From: Perna viridis
Lineage: Eukaryota
Length of the DNA stretch: 64,000 nt
NCBI GenBank assembly: GCA_037379345.1
Contig: CM074519.1
Span: 41,584,851-41,648,850 of the forward strand
Direction: 5' to 3'
Made by a program: the position numbers and the translations under genes. The stretch's first letter is position 1. Each line of letters starts with the position of its first letter. Shown one piece after another: positions 23,703 to 37,800 of this stretch. The notes beneath the pieces are model-generated. The model did no database searches. It was not told the DNA's origin and worked only from the letters and a program-made list of their open reading frames with translations.

Positions 23703-26700
23703 TTATTTGGTAAGAAATAAACTTTCAAAATCTGTCAACTTAAGATTACACTGGTCAATGAATGTTTTCAGTTTGGCATCACATAAAAAACTCATTTCAT
23801 TTTCTCTACATTCAGATTGTGAGAAGTCGTCTGGTCCATTCCCGCAGCCTCCGTCTGATTTCGTTTTATACCCAGGATGTACCATAAATTCACAGGAAGT
23901 GTCATCATGCTTACATTCGGTCATCATATTTTTGATTTGATCTATGATAGAGTCTACCGACTTCTCTTCAGAGTTCAATCCGATAAATTTGTCAGTATAT
24001 CTTAAATATAAAATTCTACTATTTGTATAGTCCTTATTATTTTTTCTTTATACCAGCTGTATGTTAAATGTGGATTTCAAGATTAAACAAAATACCTAAA
24101 TGTGGAAGACGCGCTAGCGATGAAACAGAAAATGAAACATACAGTTCTTATAATTACATTTCATATGTATCTCTTATTTTATTTCTATTTTTTTTATTTT
24201 AGATAAACATGCACATACAAAATAGACAATACACAGTGATAACAAATTAATCCACAGAATTGTTGGCGTGGCCTGACTCATGAAACATTTTTTAAACATC
24301 ACGTGTAAAGCTGATTATCCAATGAGATTCGCATTTTTTAATGATTTGAACAGTAAATCAAGTAAATATTAGTATCCGGATTAGTATATTAAGAATGATT
24401 ATGTTATATGGGATTCAAAAGAAACAGGACGGTTGTTACAGAACATACCTGATATCGTAGCGATCTAATATAAGTTTAGCACCAAGTGAATTGTTGATAA
24501 CAGTCCGCAGGAAGTCTTTGTTTGGCAGATCCTTTTTAGTTATATTTTCTACTGGTAGCCTGGTCACACAAATTTTATTCCTGTTCAGAACCCGACAGAA
24601 TATTTCACTTAGTTCTAAAATATGCCAAACAATCATTTATTTGTTTCAGGAATGTCGTTATCGTTTGAAAGCTATTTGAAATTAGCCAAATACCGAAATA
24701 CAAACAATGTGATGAACGATCAGACTTTACTCACTAGTTTGAAGTCAAGGCCCAAGAACTATGAAACTTAAAAAATCACTTAACGTAACTTTTAAATAAT
24801 TGTTTGTGATGTCATCAATGAAAGCCTTGATTGGGGTTACCATAGAAGTTAAGAATATTCCAAAACTAATGTATTTATACCCTGCCACGTCGTATAACAT
24901 GTATGTGATACCCTCCGAAAAAGTTGCGTCTCCGTCCGTCCGTCTGTCCCCGATGGTTTCCAGATGATAAGTTAAAAAGATATAAAAAGATTTTTAACAA
25001 ACTTACACTGAAATAATATTGAATACCATATAATACAGATTAAGTTCAAATTTCAGTTTGGTCGGATTATTTACACAAAAGTTACGGTCATTTTAAGTTG
25101 TTATACTCGCAAAATTTATTTGCGTGGCTCGGTATCATATAAATGTCCCATAAGTTGTCTGTTTTTCAAGTTTTGTGTACTTTATGCCTGTATTCTGCTG
25201 TGATGGCAGACCAGGATAAGGATAAAACATATTCTAAATGTTACAAGAAAGAATTTACAGTATAGAAAAGTAGTAAAAACAAAATATCGTATACTCATGG
25301 AGCATTCTCTTGTGCAAAATTTATGGGTACAATGTATAACCTTGGAAAAACGAAATGTCAAGCAAGAAAGCCACATTCTTTCATTCTAATTTTGGGATGG
25401 TCCACTCAACCCTTTACATTCAGGGCCTGGTATTCGATTGTTTATATGATTAAATGATAAAGTTGCGCATGATTGAACAAAGAAAACAATCATATTGTGT
25501 GCACTCGTTTCTGTGTATTCAATCATAAAGGTTTATTTGTGATTGCTCCTGTGGACCCCTGGTTGGTGCAATACAATTTTAAAGTTTGAATGAATTTTTG
25601 AATAAACTTTGAACTTTAAAATGTATCATTGTCTTAAATTAACCTGGCAGGACATGTATATGTTGGTGACCGTCCACGTGTACTGGTTTCTTCCCTAACA
25701 GTTCCTGGTATTTATCAATCTGTGCCTGTATTTCATTTTCTACCTATCAAGAATATACATATATCAGCAACAAATCAGGATATTATGAGGCATGTTCATT
25801 GCTTTGTTTATAACATAAATGACTTCCACAGCATATCTCAATATATCATATATTTAGATTAAAATATAACATTTTTGTACATGCATTATAAGTGTTTGTT
25901 TCAACCCTATTTCGTCTACCCTATATCGTCTACCCTGTATTGCATACCCTATATCGTCTACCCTATATCGCATACCCTATATCGTCTTCCCTATATCACA
26001 CCCCTTGGCAGACCATACTTAAATTACATTAAAATATATGATACAATGAACATGACATGTTAAAATCTGTATCACAGGCTGTATCAACCATCGACCTATA
26101 GCACCCCGCGAGCCTGTGGCCTTTGGGATGATATAGGAGTCTCGGGTTGATACCGCATGCGATACAGATTTTGACATGTAATATTCACTATATACAGTGG
26201 AGCCTCTGAAAACCGGCTGCCCATGGGACCAAAGAAATCGGCCGGTTTTCAGAGGTGCCGGTTTTCGGTAGTTCCGGAAATTTTCGTATCCGTTCCGTAT
26301 ATGGATACCGGAAGTATAATGTTATTGATCTTGTGATCGATCCGATCCTATTGATGATTATCTGATTGCACTGTTTGTATGTTTCTACACACATCCTTTG
26401 ATAGGTATTTGTGTATGTTTGTGTTCAAATCAAGAATAAACGTAAAAGTTGTATTGTTGTTTTTAATTAAAGAGTAATCGTACTCTTTACAAGGTTCAAA
26501 ATCTGAGCAAATTTCTGGAATACGCGAGCGATATTCATCAACAGTTTCTACATTTACACCGGCACTTTCTCCACTAACGGTAAACGCTTTAATAGCATGG
26601 CGACTCTTAAATTTTTCTAACCACCCGTTTGAGGCTTTGAAATCGGAAATGTCTAACTGACTGGCAAATTCTAAGGCTTTGCTTTGTAAAATAGGCCCGG

Positions 26701-29700
26701 AAATCGGAATAGCCTTGTCTCGAGCTTGACGGAACCAGTCCCACATCAGATCGTTCAAATTGTCATGTTTACTTTTGTTACCAAATCTAAATTTCTTCAA
26801 ATTGTCATTGTTATCATAATTTGCAAGATATTCTGATTTTCTCTTTAAAATATCGGAAACGGTCGTTTTTCCTACACCGAATTTTTCACTTAACGATTTC
26901 TGAGATGGTTTTGGAAAACTTTCAGATTCTTTGATTAAATTAATTTTGTCTTCTAGCGTTAATTCAATACGACGACGTTTAGCCGGCGGTTTTGACATTT
27001 TAGCAGTAATTTTAGATTAAACCAGAAGCAATGCAAATTTCAGAATGATTTGAAAATTGTAACACCGGCTATTTAAGGAAAACCATTTTCAAGCCATAAC
27101 TTTAATTTCATTTACTCATTTTACAATAGAACACAAGCGGTCGGCACAACCTATTTTGAAGTTTTCATTTTCTGTTTTTAATAGAACACAAGCGGTCGGC
27201 ACAACATATTTTGAAGTTTTCATTTTCTGTTTTTACAGAATAGTTTGAAAATGTGGTTATCAAAACAATTTTTAAATTTAACATTTGTTAAAAAGTTAAT
27301 TACATATAGGATCATGGTTATTGCCCTCATTATCTGTGATAATTAATGAATAAAAGAGTGTCACTCCTTGTTAATGCCAATCAAGATCGGTGTTAGCCTT
27401 CTGAAGTACTGATTTATTGATCTTACCGTGATTGACATGTTTACAACATGTTACACGGCTCATTGATTTTACTTGTCGGCAAACTTTTCACCCGTTTTCG
27501 GAGGTTAATTTTTACAAAGAAATGGGTTTTGGGACCGAATTTTGCAGCCGATGTTCGGAATTCAGAGGGGCCGGTTTAGGGAGGAAATTTTTACTTAATT
27601 ATATAGGGGAAAATTCCGGACCAAAACTAAATGATCGGTTTTCGGAGGATTCCGGTTTTCAGAGGGGCCGGTTTAGGGAAGTTCCACTATATCAAGTTAC
27701 ATATACCAATGTTACTGTTATTAACATCTGAAATAAAGCGACTGTATTAACGTGAAAACTTCTCAATGCTGCTGTTAAGACAATGGTAACTCTCTATAAT
27801 ATACATAAAGTCATCATAGCATCAAAATAATTCAAAGCAATTTATACAGTCATGTCTTTGGGGATAATATGTGTGTATAGAAAAGGTAAAATCTAATCTA
27901 CAAAAAGGGGGTAAAAATCAATTTATAGTAATTTATGATTGTATAGAGGTACAAAAAACGGAGAAATAACAAAAAAAAATATGCATAAATAAAACGCACC
28001 ATTCCTGACAAATTGGCAACTATTAACAATATACTTACACTTAAATGAGTATCCACTTTCCTATCAGAAGGTTTAATATTTGTATTAAAATTGAAAACAT
28101 TTATTTTACTTAAATTCTAACAAAGCATACAATCTTAAACTAAGTGGTATTATATTTGATCGAAATTAAAATGAAAAGGAGGAAACATGAAAAGCCAAAC
28201 CAACAACAGAGAGAAAAAAGGGGGAACTGAAGAAATTTATAACCTTTGACAATACAGTTATCCAATTATTGCATTCTTTATACAATATAGGACATTACAA
28301 ATAATACATGTATTTAGTACATGTACATGTACTAAGCTACATAAGCATTACTTTATCATTAACTGGATACACAAAGGGGCGATAACTCGCCCTCAGACGA
28401 AACGAACCTCTAAACTGATATATTTGTCTTTAAATTATGCATTTAGGGTTAAGTATCATATTAGTCGTTAGAGAAGCTTAACAAATCTTTGTTTATATTC
28501 ATATGGAAGTCATAGAGGTAACATGTCCATAAGTTTATATAGAACACAAAACCATCTTTATACTTACCTGAAACAAATCGATTCCAAGCCTGAGTTTATC
28601 TCTGAACCCGTGTTTCCCTAACATATACCCGTCGTTCCCAAGTAAAGAAGTAGCATTGGTTAAAGTAGTTCCCTCCGTCAAATTTAAGTGAAGACCTGAA
28701 AATGGCGATAGAATTATACATATTTTAATACAAGAGAAATAGATACAGATAAGTTCACGTAAAATGAATTGAAATGCTTCATATGCCACAGCTAGATACC
28801 CGCAGACGTCAAGCCCTGATCAGTTGGGACAAATATGAACACACCATTCAAGCTCAATGCTCTGAATTGGGTCCGATTAAATGTTTGATAAAGGATAAAA
28901 AATTCACAAGAATCGAAGTGACCCCCTTTTGGTCCCTTATTCAAGGCTCCTTTTCAGCAAATATGCCGTCATTTTGGGGTATTGACATAGGGGAAGTGCT
29001 TGTTTCTAGCCCTTTTTGGTCTAAAATTACTTAACGGTTCAGGTCAATACCCCCCAAAAAAAGCATTCCCAGACTGTCTTTTGTTGCATGGCATTTTGTA
29101 CGTGGTGCAATCTGTTTGAATTACAATATCATAGAAATCCATTCACTTTCATTCAATACTATAGCAATTGTCTGAGGATTAAATTTCTACAGACAACAGT
29201 ATTTGCCATCGTATAAAAATTGAAACGAACACATAATTTATATTCGTATGCTGCCTATACTCGTGACTGGAAAACAAGCTTACCGTTAAATTATCATGTA
29301 GATACAATTAACTAAGACCTATAATGATTGATTGATTGATTGATTGATATTCTTTATATTTCCTCCAGTATTGAAGATCATTACAAGCAGGTTTACAACA
29401 CAAAGATCATTTCAAAACAAACATATATACAGACTATAAACGGAACAATAGTAGCTAAAGTATTAAAGCATTACACAAAGCATGAGTACTAGCCAAAATT
29501 ATACTTATGATACGCTAAGACATCTTTAATTCGACCATACATATTATAAATGTGCTCTGCCGAACAGTGCATCAGGTGTCGCCTTGTGCTTATAAATTGA
29601 AAGCAAAATAATGAACCCGATTGCTTCTTAAAATATATTGCTTCTTAAGTCTTTTCTAATGTATTTTCATAGAGTAAAGTTATATTCCAAAAGCATTAAC

Positions 29701-29960
29701 TTCGTGGGTGCACTAACAGCACAATCCCTGGACTCGTCAGTATAAATGGAACCTCAATAGCAGTGTGGACATAGCAGGTCGAAATGCTTACCGGTGGGAA
29801 CGTTGTATTTTCTGATCAGATCTACAGCATGGTCCACAGCTTCTCCGTTAATCAGGAGGGATGTACTGGTAACCACACCCTCTCTAAAACATCGGACGAT
29901 TCCATCGTTCCGGGGTCTACTATATCCAAAGTCGTCTCCATTGACAACGAGGTATTTCAT
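23703..29960 (-). CDS. YDJC: Carbohydrate deacetylase YdjC homolog, 286 aa, 5 exons
   Basis: Exons 29960-29792, 28695-28568, 25743-25644, 24614-24449 and 24000-23703 (861 nt, GT-AG, phases consistent). Motifs LVVNGDDFGY, GLHLNLTEG, HVDGHQHIHVLP, EFMVHPGY..GGCGNGPDDFS. Confidence 0.95.
25903..26000. repeat. 14-bp tandem repeat (TACCCTATATCGTC), ~7 copies
   Basis: Direct inspection; lies in YDJC intron 2. Confidence 0.85.
26055..26179. mobile_element. Palindromic MITE-like element
   Basis: Arms ACATGTTAAAATCTGTATCAC..GTATCAACC and GGTTGATAC..GCGATACAGATTTTGACATGT fold into one long hairpin; second copy at 14149. Confidence 0.75.
26195..27689 (-). mobile_element. pogo/Tigger-family (Tc1/mariner superfamily) transposon, internally deleted, in YDJC intron 2
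   Basis: TA-flanked imperfect TIRs (CAGTGGAGCCTCTGAAAACCGGC / GCCGGTTTAGGGAAGTTCCACT), subterminal CCGGTTTTCAGAGG repeats at both ends, and a 55-bp internal tandem duplication at 27125-27235. Confidence 0.9.
26348..26998 (-). CDS. Truncated Tigger/CENP-B-like transposase: HTH_psq + HTH_Tnp_Tc5 DNA-binding domains, no DDE domain
   Basis: KRRRIELTLEDKINLI..SQKSLSEKFGVGKTTVSDILK and WFRQAR..PISGPILQSKA..FKASNGWLEKFKSRH..VSGES; homology stops just before the expected N.DETG catalytic motif. Confidence 0.8.
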   Translation of the reverse strand: MSKPPAKRRRIELTLEDKINLIKESESFPKPSQKSLSEKFGVGKTTVSDILKRKSEYLANYDNNDNLKKFRFGNKSKHDNLNDLMWDWFRQARDKAIPISGPILQSKALEFASQLDISDFKASNGWLEKFKSRHAIKAFTVSGESAGVNVETVDEYRSRIPEICSDFEPCKEYDYSLIKNNNTTFTFILDLNTNIHKYLSKDVCRNIQTVQSDNHQ

Positions 29961-30646
29961 TAAAACACAACCAGTAGGATATGGAGCTGTCTATCTTACA
30001 GTACATCTACACGTTCTGAAAGGATCGATATTATTTGAATGTGTTAGAAAATATGTTACAATCTGTAAAATTTTGATCTACAATAATATTGACAAAACAT
30101 TATACAAATAGAGATAATCCTAACATACTGAAATCATAACAATAGTTTTGTTAATAAATTCAATTATATTAATGAACTATGTAAATGGATAAATTTATGA
30201 ATGAAGTAACATACTTAATTAGTAAAAATACACACGCTTTAAGGCAAGAACTTAAATACAAGGGGTCAGTATCCCGATTTTTATTTATCTTTTTTTCTCC
30301 AAATTTTTCCTTCGGAAGTATTCAATTTGGTTGTATATTATTTCCATTCATAATTTCTTAATTCTCCGATGTTCACTGCATGCATTGTGCATATATTAAC
30401 AGTACATATTTACATCATACATGATAGTTGCCTTTTATTTTGTTTTTTTATAAGTCTTAATACTTGGTTACGACAAACATACTGTATTTTTCCACGGTAC
30501 CCTCCTGTCCTGTCATTAACTTTTTTTCGCACTGTCGGTTGTTGTATCCCTTTTGTTGGTTTGTGTGTGTGTGTTTCTGTTTCTGTTTTTTTATTGTGCA
30601 ATTATGATACTTTCTCGCAAGGTATTTTAAGACTACATCATTTTCT

Positions 30647-30796
30647 CGGTGGCGGATCCAGGGGATTGGCACCAATCCTTTTTATTGGCAAAAATGTCGA
30701 ATTCATGTATTAAATTCACAAAAATGGCACATAATGTCCTAGCACCCCCTTTTTCTGAGGTATCCCTCCTTTTCAAACTGTCTGGCTCCGCCCCTG
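30647..30796. mobile_element. Short MITE with GGCGGATCCAG / CTGGCTCCGCC inverted termini (hAT-like)
   Basis: Inverted termini visible; TSD not clean. Related ends occur near 23320 and 43670. Confidence 0.5.
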
Positions 30797-31015
30797 TTTT
30801 CGCTACATGTACAATATTTATATTTTTACTTGTTTTAAATGCGTGAGAACGGGAAACTCATTTGCACCAAACACGTACAAAAAAATGTATTTCAACTAAT
30901 AGTAATATATACCTAGAATATATACAAATGTGTATTGTAATTAGTTGTCAACAGCAGCTAAATTACTATAACTGAATATAAAATTGGGGAGGTTAGATGA
31001 AGGTATACCAGAGAG

Positions 31016-31110
31016 CAATCTGATTAAAATCAGCTGTTAGGATACTGTACATTGCCTCACGCTCCCTACGGCAATGTAGCGTACCTTAACAGCTGATTTT
31101 AATCAGATTG
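31016..31110. repeat. Near-perfect inverted repeat (~40-bp arms), probable miniature TIR element
   Basis: CAATCTGATTAAAATCAGCTGTTAGGATAC..TACATTGCC / GGCAATGTA..GTACCTTAACAGCTGATTTTAATCAGATTG. Confidence 0.8.
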
Positions 31111-31374
31111 ACCGGGAAGAAACACACGGAAATAAGAGTGCAAAAGAGTATCATGTAAAAGGCAACAAAAATGATATCTGAGACACCACCAATGATCATA
31201 AGAGATTTTAAAAATGGGGAAGAGCAGTATTGTATTGTTTGTTTGAGAGATTACTGTTTTTAATTTTAGCCTATTTCATTTCATTCCTTTTCGATAAACT
31301 GGCCAAGTCAAATACTCAATTTTTGGCGCAAAAGTACGGAGCCCTTTAAGTGCCATGTAAAGAAAAGAATATAT

Positions 31375-31555
31375 ATTAAGTCGTGCGCACGAAATATTAA
31401 ATCGTGCGCACAATATATTAAGACGTGCGCACGAAATACAATGTCAATAACATCAAGTCGTGCGCACGAAATACTAAATCGTGCGCACGATATATAAAAT
31501 CGTGCGCACGGAATACTGAATCGTGCGCACGAGATACTAAGTCGTGCGCACGGTT
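31375..31555. repeat. ~21-bp tandem repeat with palindromic core TCGTGCGCACGA, 8 copies
   Basis: Direct inspection; probably subterminal repeats of a DNA transposon (inference). Confidence 0.85.
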
Positions 31556-31616
31556 AAATATTTCAAACAAATGAGTTCACGTATGTAAAAAAAGCAAGAG
31601 GCGCGCACATTACGAA

Positions 31617-33520
31617 TTGAACTGAACATACTTTATTGCATAATTTAACAGCAAAATGATCGGACAAAAGTTACATCAACTTAAAAAAAAGTTCTCTCCC
31701 AAATATAAAGCATGAATATGGTATATACGATTTGAGAAAAAATGTATGCATTAACGTATAGTAATGACAAGTGATAATATACACAACAATTGAACAGACA
31801 AAATAATAAGGTAAAAAATATATACATAAAAGTACAGATTAGAAGCGTTTGCTTTATTTCATAAATTGTTGAACTGCTTTGAAAATGTTTTTATTGTTTT
31901 CTTCATTTAACCCATTATTACCAAAAAAAGAGTTTCTATATCCAATTCATTGAGAACATTTAACCGATTTCGTAGATTTTGATAAAGAGGACATTCTAAG
32001 AAATAATGAATAGAGCCTTCAATCCCCCATCCACACGAACAGTTTGAATCAGTTATTAAGTTAACTCTAAAAAGATCAGCTTTTAGATTGCTACAGCGAT
32101 GTCTTATACGTGTGTGTGTATAACATTCAAATACCTGTTTCCAGTATCATAAAAATTTAGGGGGTTTTGAAAGTAATGTATTTATTTTTTGTTTAAATGA
32201 ATGAATAGATGAAGAGTTTCGAATAGTTACATCTAATCTATTCCATAAATTAATAGATGAAGGAAAGAAAGAATTTGAGTAAAGCTGAAGTCGAGTAAGT
32301 GGAACTCTGTAGTCACCTAGATTTCTTAAATCATAACTTTTTTCAGCAAGGTTGAAATCTTGTAAACTGTCTAGTAAATAATTGGGAGATTCCCCATTTC
32401 GAATTTTGTACATTAAACAAAGCTTCCGATTTTTTCGTCGATCTCGAAAAGTTTCCCAACCCGTTTCAAAATATAATGATTCAATACTGCTAAATTTTGA
32501 AAGTCCGGTAACTATTCTTGGGGCTTCATGTTGAATTAGCTCAAATTTATCTATATTTGTTTGACCACACTTATCCAAACTTCACATCCATATTCTAAAA
32601 TTGGTCTTATATATGAAAAATATTTTTTTTCTCTAAATTTTGTCTTAAGTATAAACTTGAATTTTCTTAGCATCGATATTTTTTGTAGCGCTACTGATTA
32701 TAGATTCATATGACAACTCCATTTACAATTGCTAGACAAAAACACACCAAGATGTCTATGATCTTCATCACAGTTAACATTTTTGGCATCAAATTTAAGA
32801 ATTGGTTTTTCTACATTTGTTCTAGTTGTAAAAGATATACTTTCAGTTTTGGCGGGATTCAAATCAACTGACCATGTCAGACCAGGTAAGTACTAGATTA
32901 TGATCATTATCAGCCAAGTATTAGATTATGGTCATTATTTTATTTTCCAAAGATTGGGTATCAGCTGAAGAGCAAAAAAGTTATGTATCATCCGCAAACA
33001 ACCTTTATAGACTTTCAGTATTGTCAACAAGATCGTTTATGTACATGTGTATATTAAGATTAACAGGGGTCCCAAAACTGAACCCTGAGGTACTCCACCT
33101 ATAATTAACCCATCCTGAGATGAAACATTTTTTATCAGAACTTTTTGTTTTCTATTTGAAATATAATTTTCTAATCAATTTAATAAATTGCCTGAAATAC
33201 AATATACTTTAACATTTTTTGATAACCCTCGATGTCAAACCTTATCGAATGCTTTTGATATGTCACAAAATACTGCGCATACCATTTTTCTATTGTCTAT
33301 CGCTTGACATATTTTATGATATATTTCTATTAGCTGATGAATTGTAGAGTGGTCATGACAAAACCCAAATTGGTATTTATATATCAAATTGTGAACAATA
33401 AGGTGATTTTGTATAAGCTTGTATATACATCGTTCAAAAACTTTACCAACGCAGCTCAAGGGTGAATAAGTCTGTAATTGGAAGGATTTGACATATCTCC
33501 TTTTTGAAAAACGCAATTAC
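31617..33520 (-). mobile_element. Decayed, 5'-truncated CR1-group LINE (RT ORF2 3' half + 3' UTR)
   Basis: Fragments SCVGKVFERC, QFGF..HSTIHQL, AVFCDISKAFDKV, GVPQGSVLG, FADDT, RIVTGL..LYFETGWE and SFFPSSINLWN, with frameshifts and stops; 3' AATAAAGTATGTTCAGTTCAA. Confidence 0.88.
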
Positions 33521-34822
33521 ATTACACTGGATCAAATAAGTTGTGGCGCAAACGGATATCTCCTTCGCGAGTGTGGGCTTTAAACAACTTTGTTTAAACC
33601 AGGTTCAGGGTCGACAACAGCCTGCAGAGGAGAAAAAATAGGACATTAAGTGATACTCCGCCACGCAAGGGCGAAAATAGGGGAATGGCAAACTGTTCAA
33701 AAGGTTTTAAAAAATCATTGATCCATTCTCAAGTTATCATCGTCAGGGCGGGGTATAAAAACTATTCCATTTTTACTTTGAATATTAACAACAAAATATT
33801 AAAGACAAAAAGTGGTCCTTATTTATTTCCTTATGATGTGTCTTATTCAGGAAAAGTTGGATCCTGCCTCTTTAATTAACATTACACTTTCACCAAACAA
33901 TCCTCTTATACCCCTTCTAAAGAAAAAAAATAACAAATTTGCTATGCGTAAACCCATATCACCGTCCCATAATTCCTGTAAAATTTGTCGGATTACAATT
34001 GCTGCAAGATATGATAAACTACAAATGTTATAACAATCCTACAAAATTTGAACAAAATCCATTAAGCGGTTTCTGAGGAGTTGCGTTCATAACGGACATG
34101 TCACGGATGACCCCTTCCATGTTTCAGTTGTACCATTAAATGGTAGTTCTCTTAAGTGTAAATATATTCTCAAGTATCTAATAGTTTAAATTATTTCTCC
34201 ACTCGAGATGGTAAAATTAAAGATTTTCAAGATGAGAGCTTAAGCTTGCATGTCATTATAATATGTAGGTAGTGAATAATTAGTTTAAATTAAGGAATCA
34301 ATTTCTCCCATAAAATCTGTAGAAACTTGGAAAATGTAAAATGGTTTCAAATCTCTTGCTGAAATGTAAGCATCATCTGGTGATTAAAAAGTCTGGTTTA
34401 TTTTTAATTAATCACTTAGAATAAGAGAATCCCAACACATGTTGTCTCCCTTTGCTCTTTGGGCTTAGCTAATGACTTGTTGTGTCATGGTTATGAGCAC
34501 AGTTTGCTTAACCACTGATGGTTGCTCTACAACAACCTATGCTACCATTGTGACATCTTCTGACCCACCTTTATCCTACACTGAAGCATTTGTTTTGTAC
34601 TTGAATAGCTTAAAGAATGATTTTTTTTCAATTTCTAAAAAACACTGCATGTTTTTTTTTCAGAATTATTTAATTTACTTAAAAAAATTCCTTTCTCTCC
34701 CTTGCAAAGCCATCCTGCCATTCCTAAAGGAGTATAAACAAACAATAATTGTCAATATAATAAAACTAAACATTCCTTCCTAAAACTTTAATTTATAAAA
34801 CAGTATTGTATTATTATTGTAA

Positions 34823-37800
34823 CTAAATATTCTTATAGTTAGAGATAACTTGTTCCAATGTAACAAAGCTATCCACAAAATCTTCATCCAACAGACCATG
34901 TTTATTATACTGGTGAACATAAGCTCTGGAGGAGAACATATTCCAAGCCTTCCCTACAGTGTAGTCCATCTGAATAATTGGTGATTTACTATTCGATAAT
35001 AAACATGCCGATTTCTCATACTGATTGAACACTCTGGGTTGTGTCCCTTTAAGTAAAGCCCCACCGGGTGGAACCCATGGTGCATAAAGTACAGAGTCCT
35101 CGAAAGCACTAGTATCAGCTGTGTTGACATCTTTCCCTCTAAGCATCAGGAAGTTAGCCAGCGATTCGTTGTGTCTGGATGTACCACGCTGTGTTTCATC
35201 TCCAACTTTGACCTGCCAGTCAATACCTAGGTAAAGGATAAAATAGAAAAATGTATACACGGAAGAGTAGAAGTAAATGGTATTCACCTCCATTTTTATT
35301 TCTGCTTCAGCAATTACTGGTAATCATTTACAAAATTGTCCTACATGACAATGAACTGAAAAAAGTTCTATGCTCAGTATGTTGTATAATAAAGGAAGAA
35401 AAACCAGCTTAAATTTGACTTTTTTTCTAATGGAACTCATCAAATTTAATAAATAGCACCAGACAGACAAAATGCTGGGCTGAGTTGTTCAAAAGGATTA
35501 TCTAAAAACTGAACTTGTCAAAGGTTACTGTACCTGAATCTTTAAGCATTATTCTGCGCTCCTAATTCAGGTACAAGCAAAAGTACAGTATGAAGACCAT
35601 TTTCTTACAAAAAGAATGGAGAGTAGCAACCAGAGAAACACACCCTGGACCTACCCAGGAAAGGTATAGTTAGTGATATGCATGGATGTTACCATGTAAC
35701 AATAAATGAGATTTTTTTCTTACCCTCCTCCATTGCAGCATCAGCTATGAGCATCTGTCTGAGGTGTTTGAGTAGACCATGCCACTGGAATGTACTGAAT
35801 TGTATAGACGTTTCAGGCATTTGAGGAATGTTCTTCAGAGTCAGTAGTTTGTAGTCCGACACTGGCACCATGTGTTCCATTATCTCCCCTGATAATGAAA
35901 AACAAAGCTTCTTCAAAGGTCTTTGACTAAAAGACTAAAATATAAATGTAGGTGTAACACAAATTTCCTAGCAACTACAAATATTAAGATTTGGTAAATT
36001 TAAGATCTATGGTGAGATAACATGATGTTATTTTATTATAAAGGATGGAAATGAAAATTTTGTAGTATAATATTGTACAATTAAGAAACTCAAACTTAGA
36101 TTTATAACAATCAACCTAAAATTTCAACTTTCCTTTTTTGGAGAAAATAAAATCTTTTCCAATATGATTTTATTTAATTTGCAACAAAACATTTTAGTTG
36201 TAGTACAGTGTTATTTTTTGCTTGGATTTTTTAATTCCTTGGTTTTTGCTGAATTTGTAAAAATCATATAGCATATTGTTGCTGAAAACTTTTCTTCAGT
36301 ATAATGATCATACATCTCAAATTGTTCATACTGATACAATTTTGTAAATTGAAAATGTTTCAAAGCTTGTTCAAGTAAGTCAAATCATGTAACATACTTT
36401 TTTAAGGAGGTAGTCCTAGGGTAAGGGACATAACTCTGGAAATCAGTGATATGTTTGTATCATATTAAATTTTACCAAAGCCTTTCAAGCTTTCCTTTGA
36501 AACAGAATGAAATCAGTCCAAGTTACTTTGATGCTTACATGAGATTGGTGTAAAATGCTGAATACAAGTGTGCCAATCATTTGCAAGAGTTATGTCCCTT
36601 ATCCTAGGTCTACTTCCTTAAACTGTTTTTTTTTAATGTGAAAACTTATTGAATGTACATGTATATGTAAGAATTGCTGTCTGTAAGAATACTTACCTAT
36701 AGTATTGGCACATGTATATCCTGGATACTTTAGTAGTTCACCAGGAGATAACACACTTAACAGTTTATGACATATGACCTTATTAATTGCATTGAATGAG
36801 ATCTTTTTTATATTGAGTAACTGTGAACAGATCTTGTGTAAGTGGTCATTCTGCATAACAATAAGAGCATCCACTGTTCTATACAGGTGTGACAATGTCA
36901 ATATTGCATTGTAATTCTGGACGATTACTTCCCCCGTATTATATGGCCAAACAACTTGGTTAAGAATAAACGAATGAGGAAACTCATCACGAAGACATTC
37001 TGTGATGAACGCTCCAACACCAGACCCTGTACCTCCTGCCAAACTCATCAGAGATAAGAATCCACCGAGGTTGTCACATTTCTCAGCTTCTTTTTGAACC
37101 ATTTCTAGCACCCTATCTTTAGCACTAGGACCATGGATACAAAATCCATGAGCCCAATTGTTCCCTGATCCTCTTTGCTGACAGAACTGTTGTTTTTCTG
37201 GGTACTGCCATTTACCAGACTTCTTGGCATCCATACATGTCTGAGCAATAACCTTAAATCAGATACATAAGTAAAATCATTAGCCATAAAAATGCATGCA
37301 GCAAATTTCTTTTCCTTTTTTCATCCAAAGCTTTCTGACTTTTGATTTTTATACATCAGAAGATAAACCAATCTAGTAAAGAAATAGTATTTCAGACAGA
37401 GAGAAGATACATGCAGTTGTGGAGTTGTCTGTGAATAATTATATGGTTGTTATCATCAGTAGAGGAGATAATCCAATTTAAATGCTAAATACAGGCAAAT
37501 ATTTTGACAGCTCTAAATTAAATTCATTTTTTTTCCTTTTCACAGTGGGGGAAATAGTGGCTCAATTGTTTATCGATCTGAAGCAAATTAAATTTTAAAA
37601 AGACTTTTCACATCCACTTTCAGTACGATTACATACATGTATCATTTAAGTGCAATTTTTTTATGTATTCGGTATAAAATATGAAAATGTAGGTAGCAGC
37701 TTCACTGTACCCAGGTTTCTACAGTAAGTGGTGACATTTAGTGTTCTGACCAGGCAACCATTTCACAAAGCACTTGTAAGACTTACACTTAAATTCTTAA

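Noticed and set aside
24925-25100. Helentron/HINE-like fragments with (GTCC)n; similar traces near 34000, 41200 and 49170
   Set aside because: Too degraded to delimit or classify by eye.
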